A DNA stretch of 64,000 bases from an uncultured Acidobacteriota bacterium (lineage in GTDB: Bacteria > Acidobacteriota > Thermoanaerobaculia > UBA5066 > Gp7-AA6). Location of the stretch: the NCBI GenBank assembly GCA_963776755.1, contig CAVZNW010000001.1:68866-132865 (forward strand), given 5' to 3'. The translations under genes were made by a program, and so were the position numbers. The number at the start of each line of letters is the position of its first letter. Within the stretch, counting starts at the first letter, position 1. Below the pieces are notes generated by a model that worked only from the letters and a program-made list of their open reading frames with translations, was not told the origin of the DNA and made no database searches. Shown piece after piece: positions 37,524 to 45,870 of the stretch.

Positions 37524-39959
37524 CTAAGGAAGCTTGAACGTCTTGACGAGGAACACCGCCATCTGGCCTCGCGTCACGTTGGAGAGCGGGCAGAAGTTGC
37601 CGCCGCCGCAGCCGCCGGTGATGCCTTCGACGCCGAGTTGCTCGACCCACGGCGCGAATTGATTGGTGCAGGGAACGTCCGCGAACGTCCCGGAGCAGGG
37701 CGGCGGCACGTAGGACGAGCCGTGCTCGGCCTTGAGGAGGAAGACGGCCATCTGCTGGCGCAGTGACGGGGTTGCCCGGGCAGTAGTTGCCGCCTCCGCA
37801 GCCGCCGGTGATGCCCTCGGCCGCGAGCGCTTCGATCCACGGAGCGAACCCCGACGGGCAGGGCACGTCCGGGAAGATCCCGCTGCACGGAGGGGGCACG
37901 TAGCAGATGCCGTACTTGGCCTTCAGAAGGAATACCGCCATCTGCTGGCGCAGCGTGCTCTGCGTCGGGCCGTAGTTGCCGCCGCCGATGCCCGCCGTGA
38001 TCCCGTCGACGACGAGCTGGATGATGTTCGTCCGGAACTGGGCGCCCGCCGGCACGTCGTTGAAGTCCGCGAGCCAACCGTTCGCCAGCGTTCCGGAGAG
38101 CCCGGCGGAAGGATTCTGGACGACGACGGGGTTGATCGTCCCGGCCGGCCGGGCCGGGACGTTGGCCGTGATCGTGTTCGCGTCGGTTACGACGACGCTG
38201 GTCGCCGCCGCGCCGCCGACGGTCACCGTCGCGCCGGCCTCGAAGGCCAGCCCCTTGATCTGCACCGCGGTGCCGCCGGCGGCCGGACCGGAGCCCGGCG
38301 TCATGGACAACACGAAGCGCGGAGAAAGCTCCGACGTGCTGCCGGAGGGGCTAGTCGCGGTCGCGGCGATGATCGAGCCGGCCGGCACGGCCACGGGGAG
38401 CACGGCGTTGAAGGTCGCGTTGCCCGAGCCGTCCGTCGTGGCCTGCGCCGAGCCGATGAAGGCCAGCGCCTCGGCGATCTCCTGCGGCCACCGGGCGCAC
38501 GTCGTGGCGTAGAAGTCGAGGTCGAACACGGTCGAGGCCGTGCTGTTGAGGACACCGGCCACGGTCGTCGTCGAGGCGCCGTACACGACCGACGCGATGA
38601 TCGGAAAGTTCTGGAGGCCGTTGGGCCCGCTGTCGGCGTCGCCGGCGTCGTTGAACGTGATGCCGTATGGACCGGTGGCATGGAGGTCGATCGCGACGCT
38701 CGGCTGGCCGTTCGTGTCGTAGATCGAGTTGCCGCGTACGGACACCTGCTGGCCCTCGACGAGCACGGCGGATCCCTGCGTGGCGACCCCCGGCGCCGGG
38801 CCGTTGTGGGCGATGACGTTGCCTTCGCCGGGCCCGGTTCCGCCGATGGTCACGCCGGTGGCGAAGGCGTAGATGCCGTTCGGCGCGTTCGGCAGGATCG
38901 CCGTCTCGGTCGGGTCCGTGCCGATGAAGTTGCCCTGGACGACGGTGCCGTCGCCCTTGATCTCGATTCCCGCCGCGCCGGCCGCGCCCGCGATGACGTT
39001 GCCGGCTCCCGCCGCGGAGCCGCCGATCGTGTTGTTCTGATGGTTGGCCGAAATGCAGTAGCCGTTGCAGCCGAGGGCGACCAGGCCCGTCACGTCGGTG
39101 CCGACGTAGTTGCCGATGGCGAAGTTGCCGGTGGCCTGGGTCCCGTTGCCGCCGGGCCCGAGGATGATCCGGTTGACGACGACGTTGCGCGCGGCCGCCG
39201 TCGTTCCGCCGACCGTGATGCCCGTTCCCGCGAAAATGCCGACCGACGAATCGGCCGTCGTCGAGATCTTCGCGGTGCCGGCGGCGTTTGTCCCGATGAG
39301 GTTGCCCTGGATCACGTGGCCCGAGTTCGGCGCGAAGAAGTTGCCGATCGTGATCTGGTTGTTGATCCCTCCGCCGGCGATCAGGTTGCGCGCCGCCGGC
39401 GTCGTGCCGCCGATCCGGGCGTTCGTGTGGTTGCCCAGACTGATCGCGCCGCCGTAGGGCGTCAGGGCCTGCGTCCCGTCGGCACTCGACCCGAGGAAGC
39501 AGCCCTCGACGACGAGGTTCTGGTGGGAGACCGTGACGGCTTCGATGGCCTGTCCCGTGCAGCGGTTGATCGCGAGGCCGCGGATGGTGACGTCGTCGGC
39601 CTGCACCGAAGGCACGCCGCGCTGCCGGCGCCCGTCCCGTTCAGCTCGATCCGGAGGACGGTGTTGAGCCCCTGGCTCGTCGGATTCGTGTTCGTCGAGG
39701 AGCCGGACTGCGTGTACCCGTCGATCGTGACGGGCCCGGTGATCGGGGGAAGGGCCGACGTCGGTGCGATCGTCTGAACGCCGCTTCCGACGATCCCGAA
39801 GGCGATCGTGTCCGCGCCCGGGTTGGCGTTGGCGTCGAGGATCGCCTGGCGCAGGGTCCCCGCGCCCGAGTCGGCCGTCGAAGTGACCGTGTACGTGGTC
39901 GCGGATGCCAGCGCTGCGGCGGCGAACAGGGCGGCGGCGAGGCCGGGTCGTTGAAGCAT
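37524..39959 (-). CDS. P14: array paralog, two frame breaks as assembled (~39615 and ~37762)
   Basis: GAAGGAGG SD, ATG 39959: MLQRPGLAAALFAAAALASA|[44 protein letters not shown]... (ORF 39462..40172). The body is in ORF 37285..40221 (VQADDVTIRGLAINRC...). The tail ORF 37524..37751 ends FLVKTFKLP-stop; an extra G follows ..GTC ACT. Confidence 0.82.
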
Positions 39960-40013
39960 CGGGGCCCTCCTTCTTCTCAACTCGACGAACGGGGGCACAG
40001 GGGGACACGAAAT
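39960..40013 (-). promoter_or_regulatory. 5' leader of P14, homologous to the P15 leader
   Basis: GATTTCGTGTCCCCCTGTGCCCCCGTTCGTCGAGTTGAGAAGAAGGAGGGCCCCG-ATG aligns with the P15 leader TTTTCGTGTCCCCCGGGGCCGCCTTTTGTCGAGTCAAGAGACAGGAGGAACCC-ATG. Confidence 0.4.
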
Positions 40014-40134
40014 CGGCGGCCGGCGGACTCGTCTTCCTTGCCCCACGAGGGCGGTAACTACCAGAGGGAGAGGGTGTTGACCAAGAGAATTCGAGCACAT
40101 GGCCGCTTGTCGGACTCCAGGTTTTTCGGGCTCT

Positions 40135-40256
40135 ACGGGAGGTGAGGACGGGTTGACCAGGAACGCCGTCATCCGGCAAGGCGTGAGGTTGTTCTGAGGG
40201 CAGCCTCTGGTGCCTCTGCAACCGCCGGTGATGCCTCGGCCGCCATCGGGGGCCGA
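40135..40256 (-). pseudogene. Relic of a third SLH-like repeat from a lost paralog in the P15-P14 spacer
   Basis: The minus strand reads ..GRGITGGCRGTRGCPQNNLTPCRMTAFLVNPSSPP.., a decayed copy of ..[32 protein letters not shown]-stop. No gene body lies upstream, because P15 ends at 40281. Confidence 0.55.
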
Positions 40257-40280
40257 ATCCCCCGCTGCGATCGGTCGTGG

Positions 40281-42692
40281 CTACGGCAGGCTAAACCCCT
40301 TCACCAGGAACGCGGCCATTTGGCCTCGTGTGTTATTGCTTCCCGGGCAGTAGTTGGCCCCGCCGCATCCGCCCGTGATCCCGTCGGCCGCGAGCTTCTC
40401 GATCCAGTCGGCGAACGGGGAGGGGCAGGGCACGTCGTCGAAGACTCCGGTGCACGGCGGGGCAGTGAAGGTGGAGCCGTACTTGCCCTTCAGCAGGAAC
40501 ACCGCCATCTGGTCGCGCCTCACGTTGGAGGTCGGGCAGTAGTTGCCGCCGCCGCAGCCGCCGGTGATGCCCTCGGCGGCGAACTGCTCGATCCACGGCG
40601 CGAAGTTCGAGCTGCAAGGCACGTCGGGAAAGTCCCCCGAGCAGGGCGGCGGCGTGTAGCAGATCCCGTGCTTCGCTTTCAGAACGAAGACGGCCATCTG
40701 CTGGCGGGTGACGTTGAAGCCCGGGCAGTAGTTTCCGCCGCCGCATCCCGCCGTGACGCCGGCCGCCACGAGTTTGGCGATCAGGCTGTCGAAAAGGCTT
40801 CCTTTCACCACGTCGGTGAACCGCGAGACGTATCCGTTGCGGAGCGCGCCCGAAGGGCCGCCGGGATTCGTCACGACGATATCGTAGACGCCGCCGGGGG
40901 AGAGCGAGGGGCCGACGAAGTTCAGCTGGTATTGGTCGTCGAACGTGACGGGAACCGGGCTCCCGCCGATCGTCATCGTGGCGGCCGGATCGAACAGGTG
41001 CCCGCGGACGGACTGCAGGGCGGTATCCCCGGGGCCGCCGAGGCCCGGGACGGCGCGGAAGATGATCTCCTGCCAGAGCTCGGAAGTGTTCCCCTCGGGA
41101 CCAGTGGCTGAAGCGGTGACCGGCGCGCCCGCGGCAATCGGCGTCGGGAGCAGGACGTTGAATGCGGCGTTTCCCGAGCCGTCGGTCGTCACTTGCGTCG
41201 TGCCGATGTAAGTCTCCGCCTGGAGCAGGGCCCTCGGCCGCGCGCGGCACGACGGGTTCGCGTAGAAGTCGAGGTCGAACGTCGTCGAAGCGAGGCTGTT
41301 GAGCGTGCCGATCACTCGGGTGCCGCCCCCTTCCGGGACGGCCGAGGTGATCAGGGGATTGTTTTGGAAGTCGTTCCCGAATTGGATGGTGGCGCTGTCG
41401 GCGTCGCCGAGGTCGTTCGGGTTCTGGCCGCTCGGCGTGCTGCTGTTGCCCAGATCGATGGCCAGCCCCACGCCGTTGGCGCCGACGCCACCGATGCCGT
41501 TGCCGAAGATTCGGTTGCCCCGGATCGGGTTCTTCTGCGCGAAATCGGTCACGAGGATGCCCACCCAGCCGTTGAAGGCGATGACGTTGCCTTCGCCCGC
41601 GCCGACGCCGCCGACCACCTGGCTGCCGGTGCTCAGGAAGATCCCCATGATGCGGTTGCCGAAGTTCTTCGTGGCGGTGGTGTCGGTTCCGATGAAGTTC
41701 CCGTAGATCGGGGTCACGGCGCTGTCCAGGAAAATGCCGTAATCGAAGCCGCCGATCACGTTGCCTTCACCCGGACCGGTGCCGCCGATCGTACTGCCAA
41801 CGGGGCTCGGGTGGCTGATGCCGTACGTGCCGCTGGAGATGACTCCCGCTTGCGCCGCGTCGACCCCGATGAAATTGCCCTGGACGGTCGCAACGGCCGT
41901 ACCGATCCCGACGCCGACGTCCATCCCGGCGATGACGTTGGCCGCGTTCGGGTCGGCTCCCCCGACCGTGATGGGAGAGGCGCCCGACAGGCTGATTCCG
42001 ATGCCTGCCCCGGCGGTCCCGGGCATCGATCGCGCTCCCGTGATGTCCGTGCCGACGAGATTGCCCTGGATGACTCCGCCGTAGCTCATGGCCACGCCGT
42101 TTGACCCTCCAGGCGAGATCAGGTTGCGCGCGGCGGGCGTCAGACCGCCGATGCGTGCGCCGGGGCTGTCGTTGCTGACGCCATGGCCGCCGACATACCC
42201 CTGGAGCCCATCCGGGCTCGCCCCGATGAAGCAGCCCTCGACGACCAGGTTGGAGTGCAGGAACGAATCGCTCCCGCCGACCTGATCCTGGGAGAACCGG
42301 TTCACCGCGAGGCCCCGGAAGGTCACGTTGAGCGCCCGGGCCTCGAGGCCGTTGCCGGTCGTTGCGGTGCCGGCGATCTCGATCATGAGAACCGTGTTGA
42401 GCCCGAGGCCCACCGCATTCGTGTTGGGCGAGGAGCCCGGCTGGGTGTAGCCGTCGATGGTCACGGCGTCGGTGATCGGGGGAAGCGGGGTTGCCGGAAC
42501 GATGGTCTGGACGCCCGAGCCGACGATCGAGAAGGCGATCGTGTCCGCGCCGAGGCTGGCGTTGGCGTCGGTGATCGCCTGGCGGAGAGACCCCGGCCCC
42601 GAGTCGGCCGTCGAGGTGACCGTGTACGTGGTCGCGGAGAGGAGCGCCGCGGCCGCGAACAGGGCACCGGCCGTTCCGAGTCGTTTGAGCAT
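40281..42692 (-). CDS. P15: array paralog, intact (803 aa)
   Basis: AGGAGG SD. MLKRLGTAGALFAAAALLSA|[24 protein letters not shown]..; coils; NPNDLGDADSATIQFGNDFQNNPLI; Ig-like; IPT; SLH-like x3; FLVKGFSLP-stop. Confidence 0.92.
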   Translation of the reverse strand: MLKRLGTAGALFAAAALLSATTYTVTSTADSGPGSLRQAITDANASLGADTIAFSIVGSGVQTIVPATPLPPITDAVTIDGYTQPGSSPNTNAVGLGLNTVLMIEIAGTATTGNGLEARALNVTFRGLAVNRFSQDQVGGSDSFLHSNLVVEGCFIGASPDGLQGYVGGHGVSNDSPGARIGGLTPAARNLISPGGSNGVAMSYGGVIQGNLVGTDITGARSMPGTAGAGIGISLSGASPITVGGADPNAANVIAGMDVGVGIGTAVATVQGNFIGVDAAQAGVISSGTYGISHPSPVGSTIGGTGPGEGNVIGGFDYGIFLDSAVTPIYGNFIGTDTTATKNFGNRIMGIFLSTGSQVVGGVGAGEGNVIAFNGWVGILVTDFAQKNPIRGNRIFGNGIGGVGANGVGLAIDLGNSSTPSGQNPNDLGDADSATIQFGNDFQNNPLITSAVPEGGGTRVIGTLNSLASTTFDLDFYANPSCRARPRALLQAETYIGTTQVTTDGSGNAAFNVLLPTPIAAGAPVTASATGPEGNTSELWQEIIFRAVPGLGGPGDTALQSVRGHLFDPAATMTIGGSPVPVTFDDQYQLNFVGPSLSPGGVYDIVVTNPGGPSGALRNGYVSRFTDVVKGSLFDSLIAKLVAAGVTAGCGGGNYCPGFNVTRQQMAVFVLKAKHGICYTPPPCSGDFPDVPCSSNFAPWIEQFAAEGITGGCGGGNYCPTSNVRRDQMAVFLLKGKYGSTFTAPPCTGVFDDVPCPSPFADWIEKLAADGITGGCGGANYCPGSNNTRGQMAAFLVKGFSLP

Positions 42693-42746
42693 GGGGTTCC
42701 TCCTGTCTCTTGACTCGACAAAAGGCGGCCCCGGGGGACACGAAAA
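42693..42746 (-). promoter_or_regulatory. 5' leader of P15 (conserved with P14), directly abutting the P16 terminator
   Basis: See the 39960..40013 entry. Confidence 0.4.
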
Positions 42747-42766
42747 GAGGGGGCCTCAGCCCCCTC
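42743..42766 (-). terminator. Intrinsic terminator after P16 (8-bp GC stem, UGAG loop, U4)
   Basis: Minus strand reads GAGGGGGC-UGAG-GCCCCCUC-UUUU, 26 nt downstream of the P16 stop. Confidence 0.65.
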
Positions 42767-42792
42767 GTCGAGATTCTGGGTCGGGCCGAAGC

Positions 42793-45180
42793 CTACTGGA
42801 GGCTGAAGGTCTTCACGATGAACGCCGCCATCTGGGCGCGGGTGGCGGTGTTGAGCGGACAGTAGGTCGTGCCGTTGCCGCAGCCTCCCGTGACGCCTTC
42901 CGTGTAGAGCTGCTTGATCCACGGGGCGAAGGGCGACGTGCAGGGGACGTCGGTGAAAACCTCCGTGCAGGCCGGCGGCAGATAGCTCGAGCCGTGCTCG
43001 GCCTTCATCAGGAAGACGGCCATCTGCTGGCGGGTGACCGGGTTGCCGGGGCAGTAGTTGCCGCCGCCGCAGCCGCCGGTGATGCCCTCGTCCGCGAGGG
43101 CCTCGATCCACGCCGCGGCGAAGGAATTCGCCGGGACGTCCGGGAACACGGTCCCGGTCGCCGGGGGCGGCGCGTAGCACGAGCCGTACTTGCCCTTGAG
43201 AAGGAACACGGCCATCTGCGCGCGGGTGATGGGGTTGTTCGGGCAATAGGTGCCGACGCCGCAGCCCGCCGTGACCTGGTTGGCGACGAGGGTCGCGATG
43301 ACGTCCTCGAAGGCGGTGCCGAAGGCGTCGGTGAAGCTCGCGACGTAGGCGCGCTTGAGCGTTCCGGAGGAGCCGCTCGGGTTGGTGACGACGACGTCGT
43401 TGGCCGAGCCGGGTGGGCGCGCCGGGTTGACGTAGGTGATGTGCTTGGAATTGACGACGTTGACGTCCGTGGCGGGGGCGCCGCCGACGGTCACCGTGGC
43501 CCCGCTCTCGAACAGCATCCCGAAGAGGGCCGTCGAGGTGCCGGCGGGCGGGCCGTACCCGGTTTCGAGGCGGAAGATGAGACCCTGCGAGATCTCGGAG
43601 GTGTTGCCCAGGGGGTCGGTTGCCGTCGCGCTGACGATCTGGCCCGGCTGGAGGACGACGGGCAGATCCACCGAGAAGGCGACGTTGCCGGAGCCGTCGG
43701 TCGTGACCTGCGCCTCGCCGAGGTAGTTCTGTCCCTGCAGGGTGTCGCGCACGAAGGGAACGCACGGAGGGCCTGCATAGAAGTCGAGGTCGAAGACGGT
43801 CGAGGCCGTGCTGTGGAGCGTCCCCTGGATGTTGGTCGACGAGACCCCCGGCGTGACCGTTCCGATCAGCGGGAAATTCTGGAGGGGATTGGCGTTGGCC
43901 CCGAGGTCGGCGTCGCCGGCGTCGTTGGCCGTGATGCCGGTATCCCCGGCCGGGTTCCCGAGGGATTCGAGCATGTCGATCGCCAGTTTCCGGTTGCCGT
44001 ACATGCGGTTGCCGCGGATCCGCGCGTACCGGCCGTTGACGCTGACGCCGCTGAACGTGCCGCGGTTGTAGGCGATGACGTTTCCTTCGCCGGGCGCCGT
44101 CCCGCCGATCGTCCAGTTGAGCCCGTAGACGTAGATTCCGGCACCGAGCGCCAGGCCGTTGCCGAGGTTGAGGGTCTCCGCCTGATCGGTTCCGATCCAG
44201 TTGCCCTGGATCGTCATGCCGTCGACGAAGGCCTGCGCGGTGATCCCGCTGCTCGCGTTACCGGAGATGACGTTGCCCTTGATGATCCCGCCCGGCCCGT
44301 TGGCGTAGATGCCGGTCGAGTTCGGCAGCGCCTTCGTGCCTGAGACGTCCACGCCGATGTAGTTGCCGATGACGCTGGCGCCCGAGTCGCCGAAGCCGAC
44401 TCCGACGCTGGACGAGTGGCCGGAGATGACGTTGCGTTCCGCGGGCGTCGGGCCGCCGATGACCGTTCCCGAACCCGCCACCTGGACGCCCGCGCCGGTG
44501 GAATTGAGGGACCGGGCTCCCGTCGCGTCGGTGCCGATGAGGTTTCCCTTCGCCTGGAAGTTCGAGCCCGTGCCGTTGACGTTGTTCTCGTTGCCCCCGA
44601 TCACGTTTCGGTCGGCTGGAGCGGTTCCGCCGAGGACCAGGTTGTTGGCGAACTCGAAGTAGACCCCCTTGCTCTGAAAGCCGGGGACCACCAGGCCGGA
44701 TGCGTCCGTGCCGATGAAGTTGCCCGCGATCACCGCGCCGGATCCGCCCGTCGAAACCATGATGCCGGATCCGGGGGCGCGGTTGATCGCGAGGCCGCGA
44801 ACGACGACCGGCGACGCGAGGATCCAGAGGCCCGTGTTGGAGGGAGCGGACGACTGGGCGTTGATCTCGATCCGGATCACGGCGTTCGAGCCCTGGTCGG
44901 GTGGATTGGTGTTGGGGGATGCGCCCGGCTGGGTGTAGCCGTCGATCGTGACGGCGTCGGTGAAGTTGGGAAGCGCCGCTGCGAGCGTGATCGTCTGGAC
45001 GCCCGACCCGACGATGTTGAAGGCGATCGCGTCGGCGCCCGGGTTGGCGTTGGCGTCGGTGATCGCCTGCCGGAGCGACCCGGCGCCGGAGTCGGCGGTC
45101 GTGGTCACGGTGTAGGTGTTCCCGGACGCGGCAGCGGCAGCCAGATACAGGGCTCCCAGGGCGAAGGGGATCCGGCGCAT
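42793..45180 (-). CDS. P16: array paralog, intact (795 aa), head of the middle block
   Basis: GAGGAG SD. MRRIPFALGALYLAAAAASG|[38 protein letters not shown]..; coils; TANDAGDADLGANANPLQNFPLI; Ig-like; IPT; SLH-like x3; IVKTFSLQ-stop. Confidence 0.92.
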   Translation of the reverse strand: MRRIPFALGALYLAAAAASGNTYTVTTTADSGAGSLRQAITDANANPGADAIAFNIVGSGVQTITLAAALPNFTDAVTIDGYTQPGASPNTNPPDQGSNAVIRIEINAQSSAPSNTGLWILASPVVVRGLAINRAPGSGIMVSTGGSGAVIAGNFIGTDASGLVVPGFQSKGVYFEFANNLVLGGTAPADRNVIGGNENNVNGTGSNFQAKGNLIGTDATGARSLNSTGAGVQVAGSGTVIGGPTPAERNVISGHSSSVGVGFGDSGASVIGNYIGVDVSGTKALPNSTGIYANGPGGIIKGNVISGNASSGITAQAFVDGMTIQGNWIGTDQAETLNLGNGLALGAGIYVYGLNWTIGGTAPGEGNVIAYNRGTFSGVSVNGRYARIRGNRMYGNRKLAIDMLESLGNPAGDTGITANDAGDADLGANANPLQNFPLIGTVTPGVSSTNIQGTLHSTASTVFDLDFYAGPPCVPFVRDTLQGQNYLGEAQVTTDGSGNVAFSVDLPVVLQPGQIVSATATDPLGNTSEISQGLIFRLETGYGPPAGTSTALFGMLFESGATVTVGGAPATDVNVVNSKHITYVNPARPPGSANDVVVTNPSGSSGTLKRAYVASFTDAFGTAFEDVIATLVANQVTAGCGVGTYCPNNPITRAQMAVFLLKGKYGSCYAPPPATGTVFPDVPANSFAAAWIEALADEGITGGCGGGNYCPGNPVTRQQMAVFLMKAEHGSSYLPPACTEVFTDVPCTSPFAPWIKQLYTEGVTGGCGNGTTYCPLNTATRAQMAAFIVKTFSLQ

Positions 45181-45209
45181 GGTTTTTTCTCCTCGGTTGG
45201 TGTTCCGTC

Positions 45210-45217
45210 ATCCTATT
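45210..45217 (-). promoter_or_regulatory. AATAGGAT -10-like motif upstream of P16
   Basis: TAGGAT fits TAnnnT and lies 29 nt before ATG 45180 in the 96-nt divergent spacer shared with sigma-2. Confidence 0.25.
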
Positions 45218-45259
45218 CCTCGGCGGCCGCGGCCGAAAAGGGCCACACCGCGCCTCCGC

Positions 45260-45265
45260 TACAAT
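45260..45265 (+). promoter_or_regulatory. TACAAT -10-like hexamer 11 nt before the sigma-2 ATG (would give a near-leaderless mRNA)
   Basis: gcTACAATtgccctcatccATG. There is no SD and no convincing -35. Confidence 0.2.
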
Positions 45266-45276
45266 TGCCCTCATCC

Positions 45277-45870
45277 ATGAACGACACCCCCCCGGCGCCG
45301 AGGCCTGAAGAGGTCACGGGGCTCCTGCGCGCTGCCGAGGCGGGCGATCGGGATGCCCTCGACCGCGTCTTTTCAGTGCTTTACGGCGAGCTGCGCGCGA
45401 TCGCCCACCGGCAGCTCCAGGGGGCTCCGGCCGAGCAGACGCTTTCCACCACCGCCCTCGTCCACGAGGCGTATCTCAAACTCTCGCGGGGCGCGGGCTG
45501 GACCGCGAAGGACCGCCAGCACTTCTTCTCGCTCGCCGCCCGGGCGATGCGGATGATCCTCGTCGACCAGGCCCGGTCGCGGACCCGGCTGCGTCGCGGC
45601 TCGGGGAAGCGGCCCCTCGACCTGGAAAACGTCGAGATCCCGGTCGAGGAGCGCGCGGCCGAGATCGTCGCGCTCGACGAAGCGCTCGTGAAGCTCGGAG
45701 AGGTCGACGGGGAGCTCGCGCAGATCGTCGAGTGGCGTTTCTTCGCCGGGCTCTCGGTGGAGGAGATCGCGGAGATGTCGGGGCGGTCGGAACGGACGGT
45801 CAAGAGGCACTGGCAGGCGGCGCGCGCCTTCCTGTACCAGGAGCTCTCGGCGCCGGAATCCGGGTCGTGA
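45277..45870 (+). CDS. ECF-type sigma factor, second kinase-linked copy (197 aa)
   Basis: MNDTPPAPRPEEVTGLLRAAEAGDRDALDRVFSVLYGELRAIAHRQL..TALVHEAYLKL.. IVEWRFFAGLSVEEIAEMSGRSERTVKRHWQAARAFL. Roughly 40% identity to sigma-1 by eye. The stop overlaps the kinase start (GTGA 45867-45870). Confidence 0.9.
   Translation: MNDTPPAPRPEEVTGLLRAAEAGDRDALDRVFSVLYGELRAIAHRQLQGAPAEQTLSTTALVHEAYLKLSRGAGWTAKDRQHFFSLAARAMRMILVDQARSRTRLRRGSGKRPLDLENVEIPVEERAAEIVALDEALVKLGEVDGELAQIVEWRFFAGLSVEEIAEMSGRSERTVKRHWQAARAFLYQELSAPESGS

Noticed and set aside
39462-40172. Track ORF MTAFLVNPSSPP... (236 aa) as an independent gene
   Set aside because: Its first ~70 codons are the relic SLH fragment plus spacer read in frame. 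The real gene (P14) starts at the internal MLQRPGLAAALFAAAALASA signal peptide, with a GGAGG SD, at 39959.
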